Translations under genes and position numbers: made by a program
Shown here: one piece after another, positions 25,301 through 36,199 of the stretch
Layout of the letters: each line of letters opens with the position of its first letter
How positions within the stretch are numbered: the first letter of the stretch is position 1
The notes under the pieces: model-generated
Seen by the model: the letters and a program-made list of their open reading frames with translations, nothing else
What the model was told of the DNA's origin: nothing
Database searches by the model: none
Source: Malacoraja senta
Lineage: Eukaryota
Reading direction: 5' to 3'
NCBI GenBank assembly: GCA_038087875.1
Contig: CM075990.1
Coordinates: forward strand, 18,416,001 to 18,480,000
DNA length: 64,000 bases

Positions 25301-27600
25301 TCGTCGTCTTCTTCGTCGTCGTCTTCTTCGTCGTCGTCTTCTTCGTCGTCGTCTTCTTCGTCGTCGACTTCTTCGTCGTCGTCTTCTTCGTCGTCGTCTT
25401 CTTCGTCGTCGTCTTCTTCGTCGTCGTCTTCTTCGTCGTCGTCGTCTTCGTCGTCGTCGTCTTCGTCGTCAACTTCATCGTCGTCGTCTTCTTCGTCGTC
25501 GTCTTCTTCGTCGTCGTCTTCTTCGTCGTCGTCTTCTTCGTCGTCGTCGTCTTTGTCGTCGTCTTCTTCGTCGTCGTCGTCGTCGTCATCTTCTTCGTCG
25601 TCGTTGTCTTTGTCGTCGTCGTCTTCGTCGTCTTCTTCTTCGTCGTCGTCTTCTTCGTCGTCGTCTTCTTCGTCGTCGTCTTCTTCATCGTCGTCGTCTT
25701 CGTCGTCGTCTTCGTCGTCGTCTTCGTCGTCGTTGTCTTCGTCGTCGTCGTCTTCGTCGTCGTCGTCTTCGTCGTCGTCGTCTTCGTCGTCGTCGTCTTC
25801 GTCGTCGTCTTCTTCGTCGTCGTCGTCTTCGTCGTCGTCGTCTTCGTCGTCGTCTTCTTCGTCGTCGTCGTCTTCGTCGTCGTCTTCGTCGTCGTCTTCT
25901 TCGTCGTCGTCGTCTTCGTCGTCGTCGTCTTCGTCGTCGTCGTCTTCGTCGTCGTCTTCGTCGTAGTCGTCTTCGTCGTCGCCTTCTTCGTCGTCGTCTT
26001 CGTCGTCATCTTCTTCGTCGTCATCTTCTTCGTCGTCGTCTTCTTCGTCGTCGTCTTCTTCGTCGTCGTCTTCATCGTCGTCGTCTTCTTCGTCGTCGTC
26101 TTCTTCGTCGTCGTCTTCTTCGTCGTCGTCTTCTTCGTCGTCGTCTTCTTCGTCGTCGTCTTCTTCGTCGTCGTCTTCTTCGTCGTCGTCTTCTTCGTCG
26201 TCGTCTTCTTCGTCGTCGTCTTCTTCGTCGTCGTCTTCTTCGTCGTCGTCTTCTTCGTCGTCGTCTTCTTCGTCGTCGTCTTCTTCGTCGTCGTCTTCTT
26301 CGTCGTCGTCTTCTTCGTCGTCGTCTTCTTCGTCGTCGTCTTCTTCGTCGTCGTCTTCTTCGTCGTCGTCTTCATCGTCGTCGTCTTCTTCGTCGTCTTC
26401 TTCGTCGTCGTCTTCTTCGTCGTCGACTTCTTCGTCGTCGTCTTGTTCGTCGTCGTCTTGTTCGTCGTCGTCTTCTTCGTCGTCGTCTTCTTCGTCGTCG
26501 TCGTCTTCGTCGTCGTCGTCTTCGTCGTCGTCTTCATCGTCGTCGTCTTCTTCGTCGTCGTCTTCTTCGTCGTCGTCTTCGTCGTCGTCGTCTTCGTCGT
26601 CGTCGTCTTCGTCGTCGTCGTCGTCGTCTTCGTCGTCGTCGTCTTCGTCGTCGTCTTCGTCGTCGTCGTCTTCGTCGTCGTCGTCTTCGTCGTCGTCGTC
26701 TTCGTCGTCGTCGTCTTCGTCGTCGTCGTCTTCGTCGTCATCTTCTTCGTCGTCGTCTTCTTCGTCGTCGTCGTCTTCGTCGTCGTCGTCTTCGTCGTCG
26801 TCTTCTTCGTCGTCGTCTTCTTCGTCGTCGTCTTCTTCGTCGTCGTCTTCTTCGTCGTCGTCTTCTTCGTCGTCGTCTTCTTCGTCGTCGTCTTCTTCGT
26901 CGTCGTCTTCGTCGTCGTCGTCTTCGTCGTCGTCTTCTTCGTCGTCGTCTTCTTCGTCGTCGTCTTCTTCGTCGTCGTCTTCTTCGTCGTCGTCTTCGTC
27001 GTCGTCTTCTTCGTCGTCTTCTTCGTCGTCGTCTTCTTCGTCGTCGACTTCTTCGTCGTCGTCTTCTTCGTCGTCGTCTTCTTCGTCGTCGTCTTCTTCG
27101 TCGTCGTCTTCTTCGTCGTCGTCGTCTTCGTCGTCATCGTCTTCGTCGTCGTCTTCATCGTCGTCGTCTTCTTCGTCGTCGTCTTCTTCGTCGTCGTCTT
27201 CGTCGTCATCTTCGTCGTCGTCGTCTTCGTCGTCGTCGTCTTCGTCGTCGTCGTCTTCGTCGTCGTCGTCTTTGTCGTCGTCGTCTTCGTCGTCGTCGTC
27301 TTCATCGTCGTCGTCTTCGTCGTCGTCTTCTTCGTCGTCGTCGTCTTCGTCGTCGTCGTCTTCGTCGTCGTCGTCTTCGTCGTCGTCTTCTTCGTCGTCG
27401 TCTTCTTCGTCGTCGTCTTCTTCGTCGTCGTCTTCTTCGTCGTCGTCTTCTTCGTCGTCGTCGTCTTCGTCGTCGTCTTCTTCGTCGTCGTCTTCTTCGT
27501 CGTCGTCGTCTTCGTCGTCGTCTTCTTCGTCGTCGTCGTCTTCGTCGTTGTCTTCGTCGTCGTCCTCTTCGTCGTCGTCCTCTTCGTCGTCGTCGTCTTC
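22320..27600. repeat. Diverged tandem duplication, ~2.7-2.85 kb unit
   Basis: Same marker order (TCTACT, ACG, TAT, ACT, TAG, CCT, TGT-TGT, TCC). TAG ends 23257/25966 (offset 2709); the offset drifts by whole triplets or monomers. Confidence 0.8.
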
Positions 27601-29079
27601 GTCGTCGTCTTCGTCGTCGTCGTCTTCTTCGTCGTCGTCTTCTTCGTCGTCGTCTTCTTCGTCGTCGTCTTCATCGTCGTTGTCTTCTTCGTCGTCTTCT
27701 TCGTCGTCGTCTTCGTCGTCGACTTCTTCGTCGTCGTCTTGTTCGTCGTCGTCTTGTTCGTCGTCGTCTTCTTCGTCGTCGTCTTCTTCGTCGTCGTCGT
27801 CTTCGTCGTCGTCGTCTTCATCGTCGTCTTCATCGTCGTCGTCTTCTTCGTCGTCGTCTTCTTCGTCGTCGTCTTCGTCGTCGTCGTCTTCGTCGTCGTC
27901 GTCTTCGTCGTCATCGTCGTCGTCTTCGTCGTCGTCGTCTTCATCGTCGTCTTCGTCGTCGTCGTCTTCGTTGTCGTCGTCTTCGTCGTCGTCGTCTTCG
28001 TCGTCGTCGTCTTCGTCGTCGTCGTCTTCGTCGTCGTCTTCTTCGTCGTCGTCTTCTTCGTCGTCGTCGTCTTCGTCGTCGTCGTCTTCATCGTCGTCTT
28101 CTTCGTCGTCGTCGTCTTCGTCGTCGTCTTCGTCGTCGTCTTCTTCGTCGTCGTCGTCTTCGTCGTCGTCGTCTTCGTCGTCGTCTTCGTCGTAGTCGTC
28201 TTCGTCGTCGCCTTCTTCGTCGTCGTCTTCTTCGTCGTCGTCTTCTTCGTCGTCGTCTTCTTCGTCGTCGTCTTCTTCGTCGTCGTCTTCTTCGTCGTCG
28301 TCTTCTTCGTCGTCGTCTTCTTCGTCGTCGTCTTCTTCGTCGTCGTCTTCTTCGTCGTCGTCTTCTTCGTCGTCGTCTTCTTCGTCGTCGTCTTCTTCGT
28401 CGTCGTCTTCTTCGTCGTCGTCTTCTTCGTCGTCGTCTTCTTCGTCGTCGTCTTCATCGTCGTTGTCTTCTTCGTCGTCTTCTTCGTCGTCGTCTTCGTC
28501 GTCGACTTCTTCGTCGTCGTCTTGTTCGTCGTCGTCTTGTTCGTCGTCGTCTTCTTCGTCGTCGTCTTCTTCGTCGTCGTCGTCTTCGTCGTCGTCGTCT
28601 TCGTCGTCGTCTTCATCGTCGTCGTCTTCTTCGTCGTCGTCTTCTTCGTCGTCGTCTTCGTCGTCGTCGTCTTCGTCGTCGTCGTCTTCGTCGTCGTCGT
28701 CGTCGTCTTCGTCGTCGTCGTCTTCGTCGTCGTCTTCGTCGTCGTCGTCTTCGTCGTCGTCGTCTTCGTCGTCGTCGTCTTCGTCGTCGTCGTCTTCGTC
28801 GTCGTCGTCTTCGTCGTCGTCTTCTTCGTCGTCGTCTTCTTCGTCATCGTCGTCTTCGTCGTCGTCGTCTTCGTCGTCGTCTTCTTCGTCGTCGTCTTCT
28901 TCGTCGTCGTCTTCTTCGTCGTCGTCTTCTTCGTCGTCGTCTTCTTCGTCGTCGTCTTCTTCGTCGTCGTCTTCTTCGTCGTCGTCTTCTTCGTCGTCGT
29001 CGTCTTCGTCGTCGTCTTCTTCGTCGTCGTCTTCTTCGTCGTCGTCTTCTTCGTCGTCGTCTTCTTCGTCGTCGTCTTC

Positions 29080-32060
29080 GTCGTCGTCTTCTTCGTCGTC
29101 GACTTCTTCGTCGTCGTCTTCTTCGTCGTCGTCTTCTTCGTCGTCGTCTTCTTCGTCGTCGTCTTCTTCGTCGTCGTCGTCTTCGTCGTCGTCGTCTTCG
29201 TCGTCGTCTTCATCGTCGTCGTCTTCTTCGTCGTCGTCTTCTTCGTCGTCGTCTTCGTCGTCCTCTTCGTCGTCGTCGTCTTCGTCGTCGTCGTCTTCGT
29301 CGTCGTCGTCTTCGTCGTCGTCGTCTTCGTCGTCGTCGTCTTCGTCGTCGTCGTCTTCGTCGTCGTCGTCTTCGTCGTCGTCGTCTTCGTCGTCGTCTTC
29401 TTCGTCGTCGTCGTCTTCGTCGTCGTCGTCTTCGTCGTCGTCGTCTTCGTCGTCGTCTTCTTCGTCGTCGTCTTCTTCGTCGTCGTCTTCTTCGTCGTCG
29501 TCTTCTTCGTCGTCGTCTTCTTCGTCGTCGTCTTCTTCGTCGTCGTCTTCTTCGTCGTCGTCGTCTTCGTCGTCGTCTTCTTCGTCGTCGTCGTCTTCGT
29601 CGTCGTCTTCGTCGTCGTCCTCTTCGTCGTCGTCGCCTTCGTCGTCGTCGTCTTCGTCGTCGTCTACTTCGTCGTCGTCTTCTTCGTCGTCGTCGTCTTC
29701 GTCGTCGTCGTCTTAGTCGTCGTCTTCTTCGTCGTCGTCGTCTTCGTCGTCGTCGTCTTCGTCGTCGTCTTCTTCGTCGTCGTCGTCTTCGTCGTCGTCG
29801 TCTTCGTCGTCGTCTTCGTCGTCGTCATCTTCGTCGACGTCTACTTCGTCGTCGTCTTCTTCGTCGTCGTCTTCTTCGTCGTCGTCTTCTTCGTCGTCGT
29901 CTTCTTCGTCGTCGTCTTCTTCGTCGACGTTTTCTTCGTCGTCGTCTTCGTCGTCGTCTCTTCTTCGTCGTCTTCTTCGTCGTCGTCTTCTTCGTCGTCG
30001 TCTTATTCGTCGTCGTCTTCTTCGTCGTCGTCTTCTTCGTCGTCGTCGTCGTCTTCTTCGTCGTCGTCTTCTTCGTCGTCGTCTTCTTCGTCGTCGTCTT
30101 CTTCGTCGTCGTCTTCTTCGTCGTCGTCTTCTTCGTCGTCGTCTTCTTCGTCGTCGTCTTCTTCGTCGTCGACTTCTTCGTCGTCGTCTTCTTCGTCGTC
30201 GTCTTCGTCGTCATCGTCGTCGTCTTCGTCGTCGTCGTCTTCGTCGTCGTCTTCGTCGTCGTCGTCTTCGTCGTCGTCGTCTTCGTCGTCGTCGTCTTCG
30301 TCGTCGTCGTCTTCGTCGTCGTCGTCTTCGTCGTCGTCTTCTTCGTCGTCGTCTTCTTCGTCGTCGTCGTCTTCGTCGTCGTCGTCTTCGTCGTCGTCTT
30401 CTTCGTCGTCGTCGTCTTCGTCGTCGTCTTCGTCGTCGTCTTCTTCGTCGTCGTCGTCTTCGTCGTCGTCGTCTTCGTCGTCGTCTTCGTCGTAGTCGTC
30501 TTCGTCGTCGCCTTCTTCGTCGTCGTCTTCTTCGTCGTCGTCTTCTTCGTCGTCGTCTTCTTCGTCGTCGTCTTCGTCGTCGTCTTCTTCGTCGTCGACT
30601 TCTTCGTCGTCGTCTTCTTCGTCGTCGTCTTCTTCGTCGTCGTCTTCTTCGTCGTCGTCTTCTTCGTCGTCGTCGTCTTCGTCGTCGTCGTCTTCGTCGT
30701 CGTCTTCATCGTCGTCGTCTTCTTCGTCGTCGTCTTCTTCGTCGTCGTCTTCGTCGTCCTCTTCGTCGTCGTCGTCTTCGTCGTCGTCGTCTTCGTCGTC
30801 GTCGTCTTCGTCGTCGTCGTCTTCGTCGTCGTCGTCTTCGTCGTCGTCGTCTTCGTCGTCGTCGTCTTCGTCGTCGTCGTCTTCGTCGTCGTCTTCTTCG
30901 TCGTCGTCGTCTTCGTCGTCGTCGTCTTCGTCGTCGTCGTCTTCGTCGTCGTCTTCTTCGTCGTCGTCTTCTTCGTCGTCGTCTTCTTCGTCGTCGTCTT
31001 CTTCGTCGTCGTCTTCTTCGTCGTCGTCTTCTTCGTCGTCGTCTTCTTCGTCGTCGTCGTCTTCGTCGTCGTCTTCTTCGTCGTCGTCGTCTTCGTCGTC
31101 GTCTTCGTCGTCGTCCTCTTCGTCGTCGTCGCCTTCGTCGTCGTCGTCTTCGTCGTCGTCTACTTCGTCGTCGTCTTCTTCGTCGTCGTCGTCTTCGTCG
31201 TCGTCGTCTTAGTCGTCGTCTTCTTCGTCGTCGTCGTCTTCGTCGTCGTCGTCTTCGTCGTCGTCTTCTTCGTCGTCGTCGTCTTCATCGTCGTCGTCTT
31301 CGTCGTCGTCTTCGTCGTCGTCATCTTCGTCGACGTCTACTTCGTCGTCGTCTTCTTCGTCGTCGTCTTCTTCGTCGTCGTCTTCTTCGTCGTCGTCTTC
31401 TTCGTCGTCGTCTTCTTCGTCGACGTTTTCTTCGTCGTCGTCTTCGTCGTCGTCTTCTTCTTCGTCGTCTTCTTCGTCGTCGTCTTCTTCGTCGTCGTCT
31501 TATTCGTCGTCGTCTTCTTCGTCGTCGTCTTCTTCGTCGTCGTCGTCGTCTTCTTCGTCGTCGTCTTCTTCGTCGTCGTCTTCTTCGTCGTCGTCTTCTT
31601 CGTCGTCGTCTTCTTCGTCGTCGTCTTCTTCGTCGTCGTCTTCTTCGTCGTCGTCTTCTTCGTCGTCGACTTCTTCGTCGTCGTCTTCTTCGTCGTCGTC
31701 TTCGTCGTCATCGTCGTCGTCTTCGTCGTCGTCGTCTTCGTCGTCGTCTTCGTCGTCGTCGTCTTCGTCGTCGTCGTCTTCGTCGTCGTCGTCTTCGTCG
31801 TCGTCGTCTTCGTCGTCGTCGTCTTCGTCGTCGTCTTCTTCGTCGTCGTCTTCTTCGTCGTCGTCGTCTTCGTCGTCGTCGTCTTCGTCGTCGTCTTCTT
31901 CGTCGTCGTCGTCTTCGTCGTCGTCTTCGTCGTCGTCTTCTTCGTCGTCGTCGTCTTCGTCGTCGTCGTCTTCGTCGTCGTCTTCGTCGTAGTCGTCTTC
32001 GTCGTCGCCTTCTTCGTCGTCGTCTTCTTCGTCGTCGTCTTCTTCGTCGTCGTCTTCTTC
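29080..32060. repeat. Tandem duplication, ~1497-bp period
   Basis: Marker pairs 29102/30598, 29716/31212 and 30495/31992; offsets are 1496-1497 because of a 1-bp deletion near 29959. Confidence 0.85.
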
Positions 32061-35000
32061 GTCGTCGTCTTCTTCGTCGTCGTCTTCTTCGTCGTCGTCT
32101 TCTTCGTCGTCGTCTTCTTCGTCGTCTTCTTCTTCGTCGTCGTCTTCTTCGTCGTCGTCTTCTTCGTCGTCGTCTTCTTCGTCGTCGTCTTCTTCGTCGT
32201 CGTCTTCTTCGTCGTCGTCTTCTTCGTCGTCGTCTTCTTCATCGTCGTCTTCATCGTCGTTGTCTTCTTCGTCGTCTTCTTCGTCAACGTCTTCGTCGTC
32301 GACTTCTTCGTCGTCGTCTTGTTCGTCGTCGTCTTGTTCGTCGTCGTCTTCTTCGTCGTCGTCTTCTTCGTCGTCGTCGTCTTCGTCGTCGTCGTCTTCG
32401 TCGTCGTCTTCATCGTCGTCGTCTTCTTCGTCGTCGTCTTCTTCGTCGTCGTCTTCGTCGTCGTCGTCTTCGTCGTCGTCGTCTTCGTCGTCGTCGTCGT
32501 CGTCTTCGTCGTCGTCGTCTTCGTCGTCGTCTTCGTCGTCGTCGTCTTCGTCGTCGTCGTCTTCGTCGTCGTCGTCTTCGTCGTCGTCTTCTTCGTCGTC
32601 GTCTTCATCGTCATCGTCTTCTTCGTCGTCTTCTTCGTCGTCGTCTTCTTCGTCGTCGACTTCTTCGTCGTCGTCTTCTTCGTCGTCGTCTTCTTCGTCG
32701 TCGTCTTCTTCGTCGTCGTCTTCTTCGTCGTCGTCGTCTTCGTCGTCGTCGTCTTCGTCGTCGTCTTCATCGTCGTCGTCTTCTTCGTCGTCGTCTTCTT
32801 CGTCGTCGTCTTCGTCGTCCTCTTCGTCGTCGTCGTCTTCGTCGTCGTCGTCTTCGTCGTCGTCGTCTTCGTCGTCGTCGTCTTCGTCGTCGTCGTCTTC
32901 GTCATCGTCGTCTTCGTCGTCGTCGTCTTCGTCGTCGTCTTCTTCGTCGTCGTCGTCTTCGTCGTCGTCGTCTTCGTCGTCGTCGTCTTCGTCGTCGTCT
33001 TCTTCGTCGTCGTCTTCTTCGTCGTCGTCTTCTTCGTCGTCGTCTTCTTCGTCGTCGTCTTCTTCGTCGTCGTCTTCTTCGTCGTCGTCTTCTTCGTCGT
33101 CGTCGTCTTCGTCGTCGTCTTCTTCGTCGTCGTCGTCTTCGTCGTCGTCTTCGTCGTCGTCCTCTTCGTCGTCGTCGCCTTCGTCGTCGTCGTCTTCGTC
33201 GTCGTCTACTTCGTCGTCGTCTTCTTCGTCGTCGTCGTCTTCGTCGTTGTCGTCTTAGTCGTCGTCTTCTTCGTCGTCGTCGTCTTCGTCGTCGTCGTCT
33301 TCGTCGTCGTCTTCTTCGTCGTCGTCGTCTTCGTCATCGTCGTCTTCGTCGTCGTCTTCGTCGTCGTCTTCTTCGTCGTCGTCGTCTTCGTCGTCGTCGT
33401 CTTCGTCGTCGTCTTCGTCGTCGTCATCTTCGTCGTCGTCTTCTTCGTCGTCGTCTACTTCGTCGTCGTCTTCTTCGTCGTCATCTTCTTCGTCGTCGTT
33501 TTCTTCGTCGTCGTCTTCTTCGTCGTCGTCTTCTTCGTCGTCGTCTTCTTCGTCGTCGTCTTCTTCGTCGTCGTCTTCTTCTTTGTCGTCTTCTTCGTCG
33601 TCGTCTTCTTCGTCGTCGTCTTCTTCGTCGTCGTCTTCTTCGTCGTCGTCCTCTTCGTCGTCGTCTTCTTCGTCGTCGTCTTCTTCGTCGTCGTCTTCTT
33701 CGTCGTCGTCTTCTTCGTCGTCGTCTTCTTCGTCGTCGTCTTCTTCGTCGTCGTCTTCTTCGTCGTCGTCTTCTTCGTCGTCGTCTTCTTCGTCGTCGAC
33801 TTCTTCGTCGTCGTCTTCTTCGTCGTCGTCTTCTTCGTCGTCGTCTTCTTCGTCTTCGTCTTCTTCGTCGTCGTCGTCTTTGTCGTCGTCGTCTTCGTCG
33901 TCATCTTCATCGTCGTCGTCTTCTTCGTCGTCGTCTTCTTCGTCGTCGTCTTCTTCGTCGTCGTCTTCTTCGTCGTCGTCGTCTTTGTCGTCGTCTTCTT
34001 CGTCGTCGTCGTCGTCATCGTCTTCTTCGTCGTCGTTGTCTTTGTCGTCGTCGTCTTCGTCGTCGTCTTCTTCGTCGTCGTCTTCTTCGTCGTCGTCTTC
34101 TTCGTCGTCGTCTTCTTCATCGTCGTCTTCTTCGTCGTCGCCTTCTTTGTCGTCCTCTTCTTCGTCGTCGTCTTCTTCGTCGTCGTCTTCTTCGTCGTCG
34201 TCTTCTTCGTCGTCGACTTCTTCGTCGTCGTCTTCTTCGTCGTCGTCTTCTTCGTCGTCGTCTTCTTCGTCGTCGTCTTCTTCGTCGTCGTCTTCTTCGT
34301 CGTCATCGTCTTCGTCGTCGTCGTCTTCGTCGTCGTCTTCATCGTCGTCGTCTTCTTCGTCGTCGTCTTCTTCGTCGTCGTCTTCTTCGTCGTCGTCTTC
34401 TTCGTCGTCGTCTTCTTCGTCGTCGTCTTCTTCGTCGTCGTCTTCTTCGTCGTCGTCTTCTTCGTCGTCGTCTTCTTCGTCGTCGTCGTCTTCGTCGTCG
34501 TCTTCTTCGTCGTCGTCGTCTTCGTCGTCGTCTTCGTCGTCGTCCTCTTCGTCGTCGTCGCCTTCGTCGTCGTCGTCTTCGTCGTCGTCTACTTCGTCGT
34601 CGTCTTCTTCGTCGTCGTCGTCTTCGTCGTCGTCATCTTAGTCGTCGTCTTCTTCGTCGTCGTCGTCTTCGTCGTCGTCGTCTTCGTCGTCGTCTTCTTC
34701 GTCGTCGTCGTCTTCGTCGTCGTCGTCTTCGTCGTCGTCTTCGTCGTCGTCTTCTTCGTCGTCGTCGTCTTCGTCGTCGTCGTCTTCGTCGTCGTCTTCG
34801 TCGTCGTCATCTTCGTCGTCGTCTTCTTCGTCGTCGTCTACTTCGTCGTCGTCTTCTTCGTCGTCGTCTTCATCGTCGTCGTCTTCTTCGTCGTCGTCTT
34901 CTTCGTCGTCGTCTTCTTCGTCGTCGTCTTCTTCGTCGTCGACTTCTTCGTCGTCGTCTTCTTCGTCGTCGTCTTCTTCGTCGTCGTCTTCTTCGTCATC

Positions 35001-36199
35001 GTCTTCTTCGTCGTCGTCGTCTTCGTCGTCGTCTTCTTCGTCGTCGTCGTCTTCGTCGTCGTCTTCGTCGTCGTCCTCTTCGTCGTCGTCGCCTTCGTCG
35101 TCGTCGTCTTCGTCGTCGTCTACTTCGTCGTCGTCTTCTTCGTCGTCGTCGTCTTCGTCGTCGTCGTCTTAGTCGTCGTCTTCTTCGTCGTCGTCGTCTT
35201 CGTCGTCGTCGTCTTCGTCGTCGTCTTCTTCGTCGTCGTCGTCTTCGTCGTCGTCGTCTTCGTCGTCGTCTTCGTCGTCGTCTTCTTCGTCGTCGTCGTC
35301 TTCGTCGTCATCGTCTTCGTCGTCATCTTCGTCGTCGTCATCTTCGTCGTCGTCTTCTTCGTCGTCGTCTACTTCGTCGTCGTCTTCTTCGTCGTCGTCT
35401 TCTTCGTCGTCGTCTTCTTCGTCGTCGTCTTCTTCGTCGTCGTCTTCTTCGTCGTCGTCTTCTTCGTCGTCGTCTTCTTCGTCGTCGTCTTCTTCGTCGT
35501 CGTCTTCTTCGTCGTCGTCTTCTTCGTCGTCGTCTTCTTCGTCGTCGTCTTCTTCGTCGTCGTCTTCTTCGTCGTCGTCTTCTTCGTCGTCGTCTTCTTC
35601 GTCGTCGTCTTCTTCGTCGTCGTCTTCTTCGTCGTCGTCTTCTTCGTCGTCGTCTTCTTCGTCGTCGACTTCTTCGTCGTCGTCTTCTTCGTCGTCGTCT
35701 TCTTCGTCGTCGTCTTCTTCGTCCTCGTCTTCTTCGTCGTCGTCGTCTTCGTCGTCGTCTTCTTCGTCGTCGTCTTCTTCGTCGTCGTCTTCTTCGTCGT
35801 CGTCGTCTTCGTCGTCGTCGTCTTCGTCGTCGTCTTCATCGTCGTCGTCTTCTTCGTCGTCGTCTTCTTCGTCGTCGTCTTCTTCGTCGTCGTCGTCTTC
35901 GTCGTCGTCGTCTTCGTCGTCGTCTTCATCGTCGTCGTCTTCTTCGTCGTCGTCTTCTTCGTCGTCGTCTTCTTCATCGTCGTCTTCTTCGTCGTCGTCT
36001 TCTTCGTCGTCCTCTTCTTCGTCGTCGTCTTCTTCGTCGTCGTCTTCTTCGTCGTCGTCTTCTTCGTCGTCGACTTCTTCGTCGTCGTCTTCTTCGTCGT
36101 CGTCTTCTTCGTCGTCGTCTTCTTCGTCGTCGTCTTCTTCGTCGTCATCGTCTTCGTCGTCATCGTCTTCGTCGTCGTCTTCATCGTCGTCGTCTTCTT

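Larger units (their letters stand above)
22200..35400. repeat. Satellite sub-domain, variant family Y (second block)
   Basis: TGT-TGT doublets (~23588, 26444, 27740, 28523, 32320) and TCGTAG..CCT (TAG ends 23257, 25966, 28195, 30495, 31992). No GCGGCGGCT, TCAGCG or TCTCCT. Confidence 0.7.

Noticed and set aside
16561..30495. Giant plus-strand ORFs (poly-Ser, Val/Phe, Arg/Leu; also 822-7142, 37237-45354, 47104-58341)
   Set aside because: The plus strand has almost no A, so stops can hardly form. Starts are chance TTG/GTG variants, composition switches at 1-bp indels, and no domains are present.
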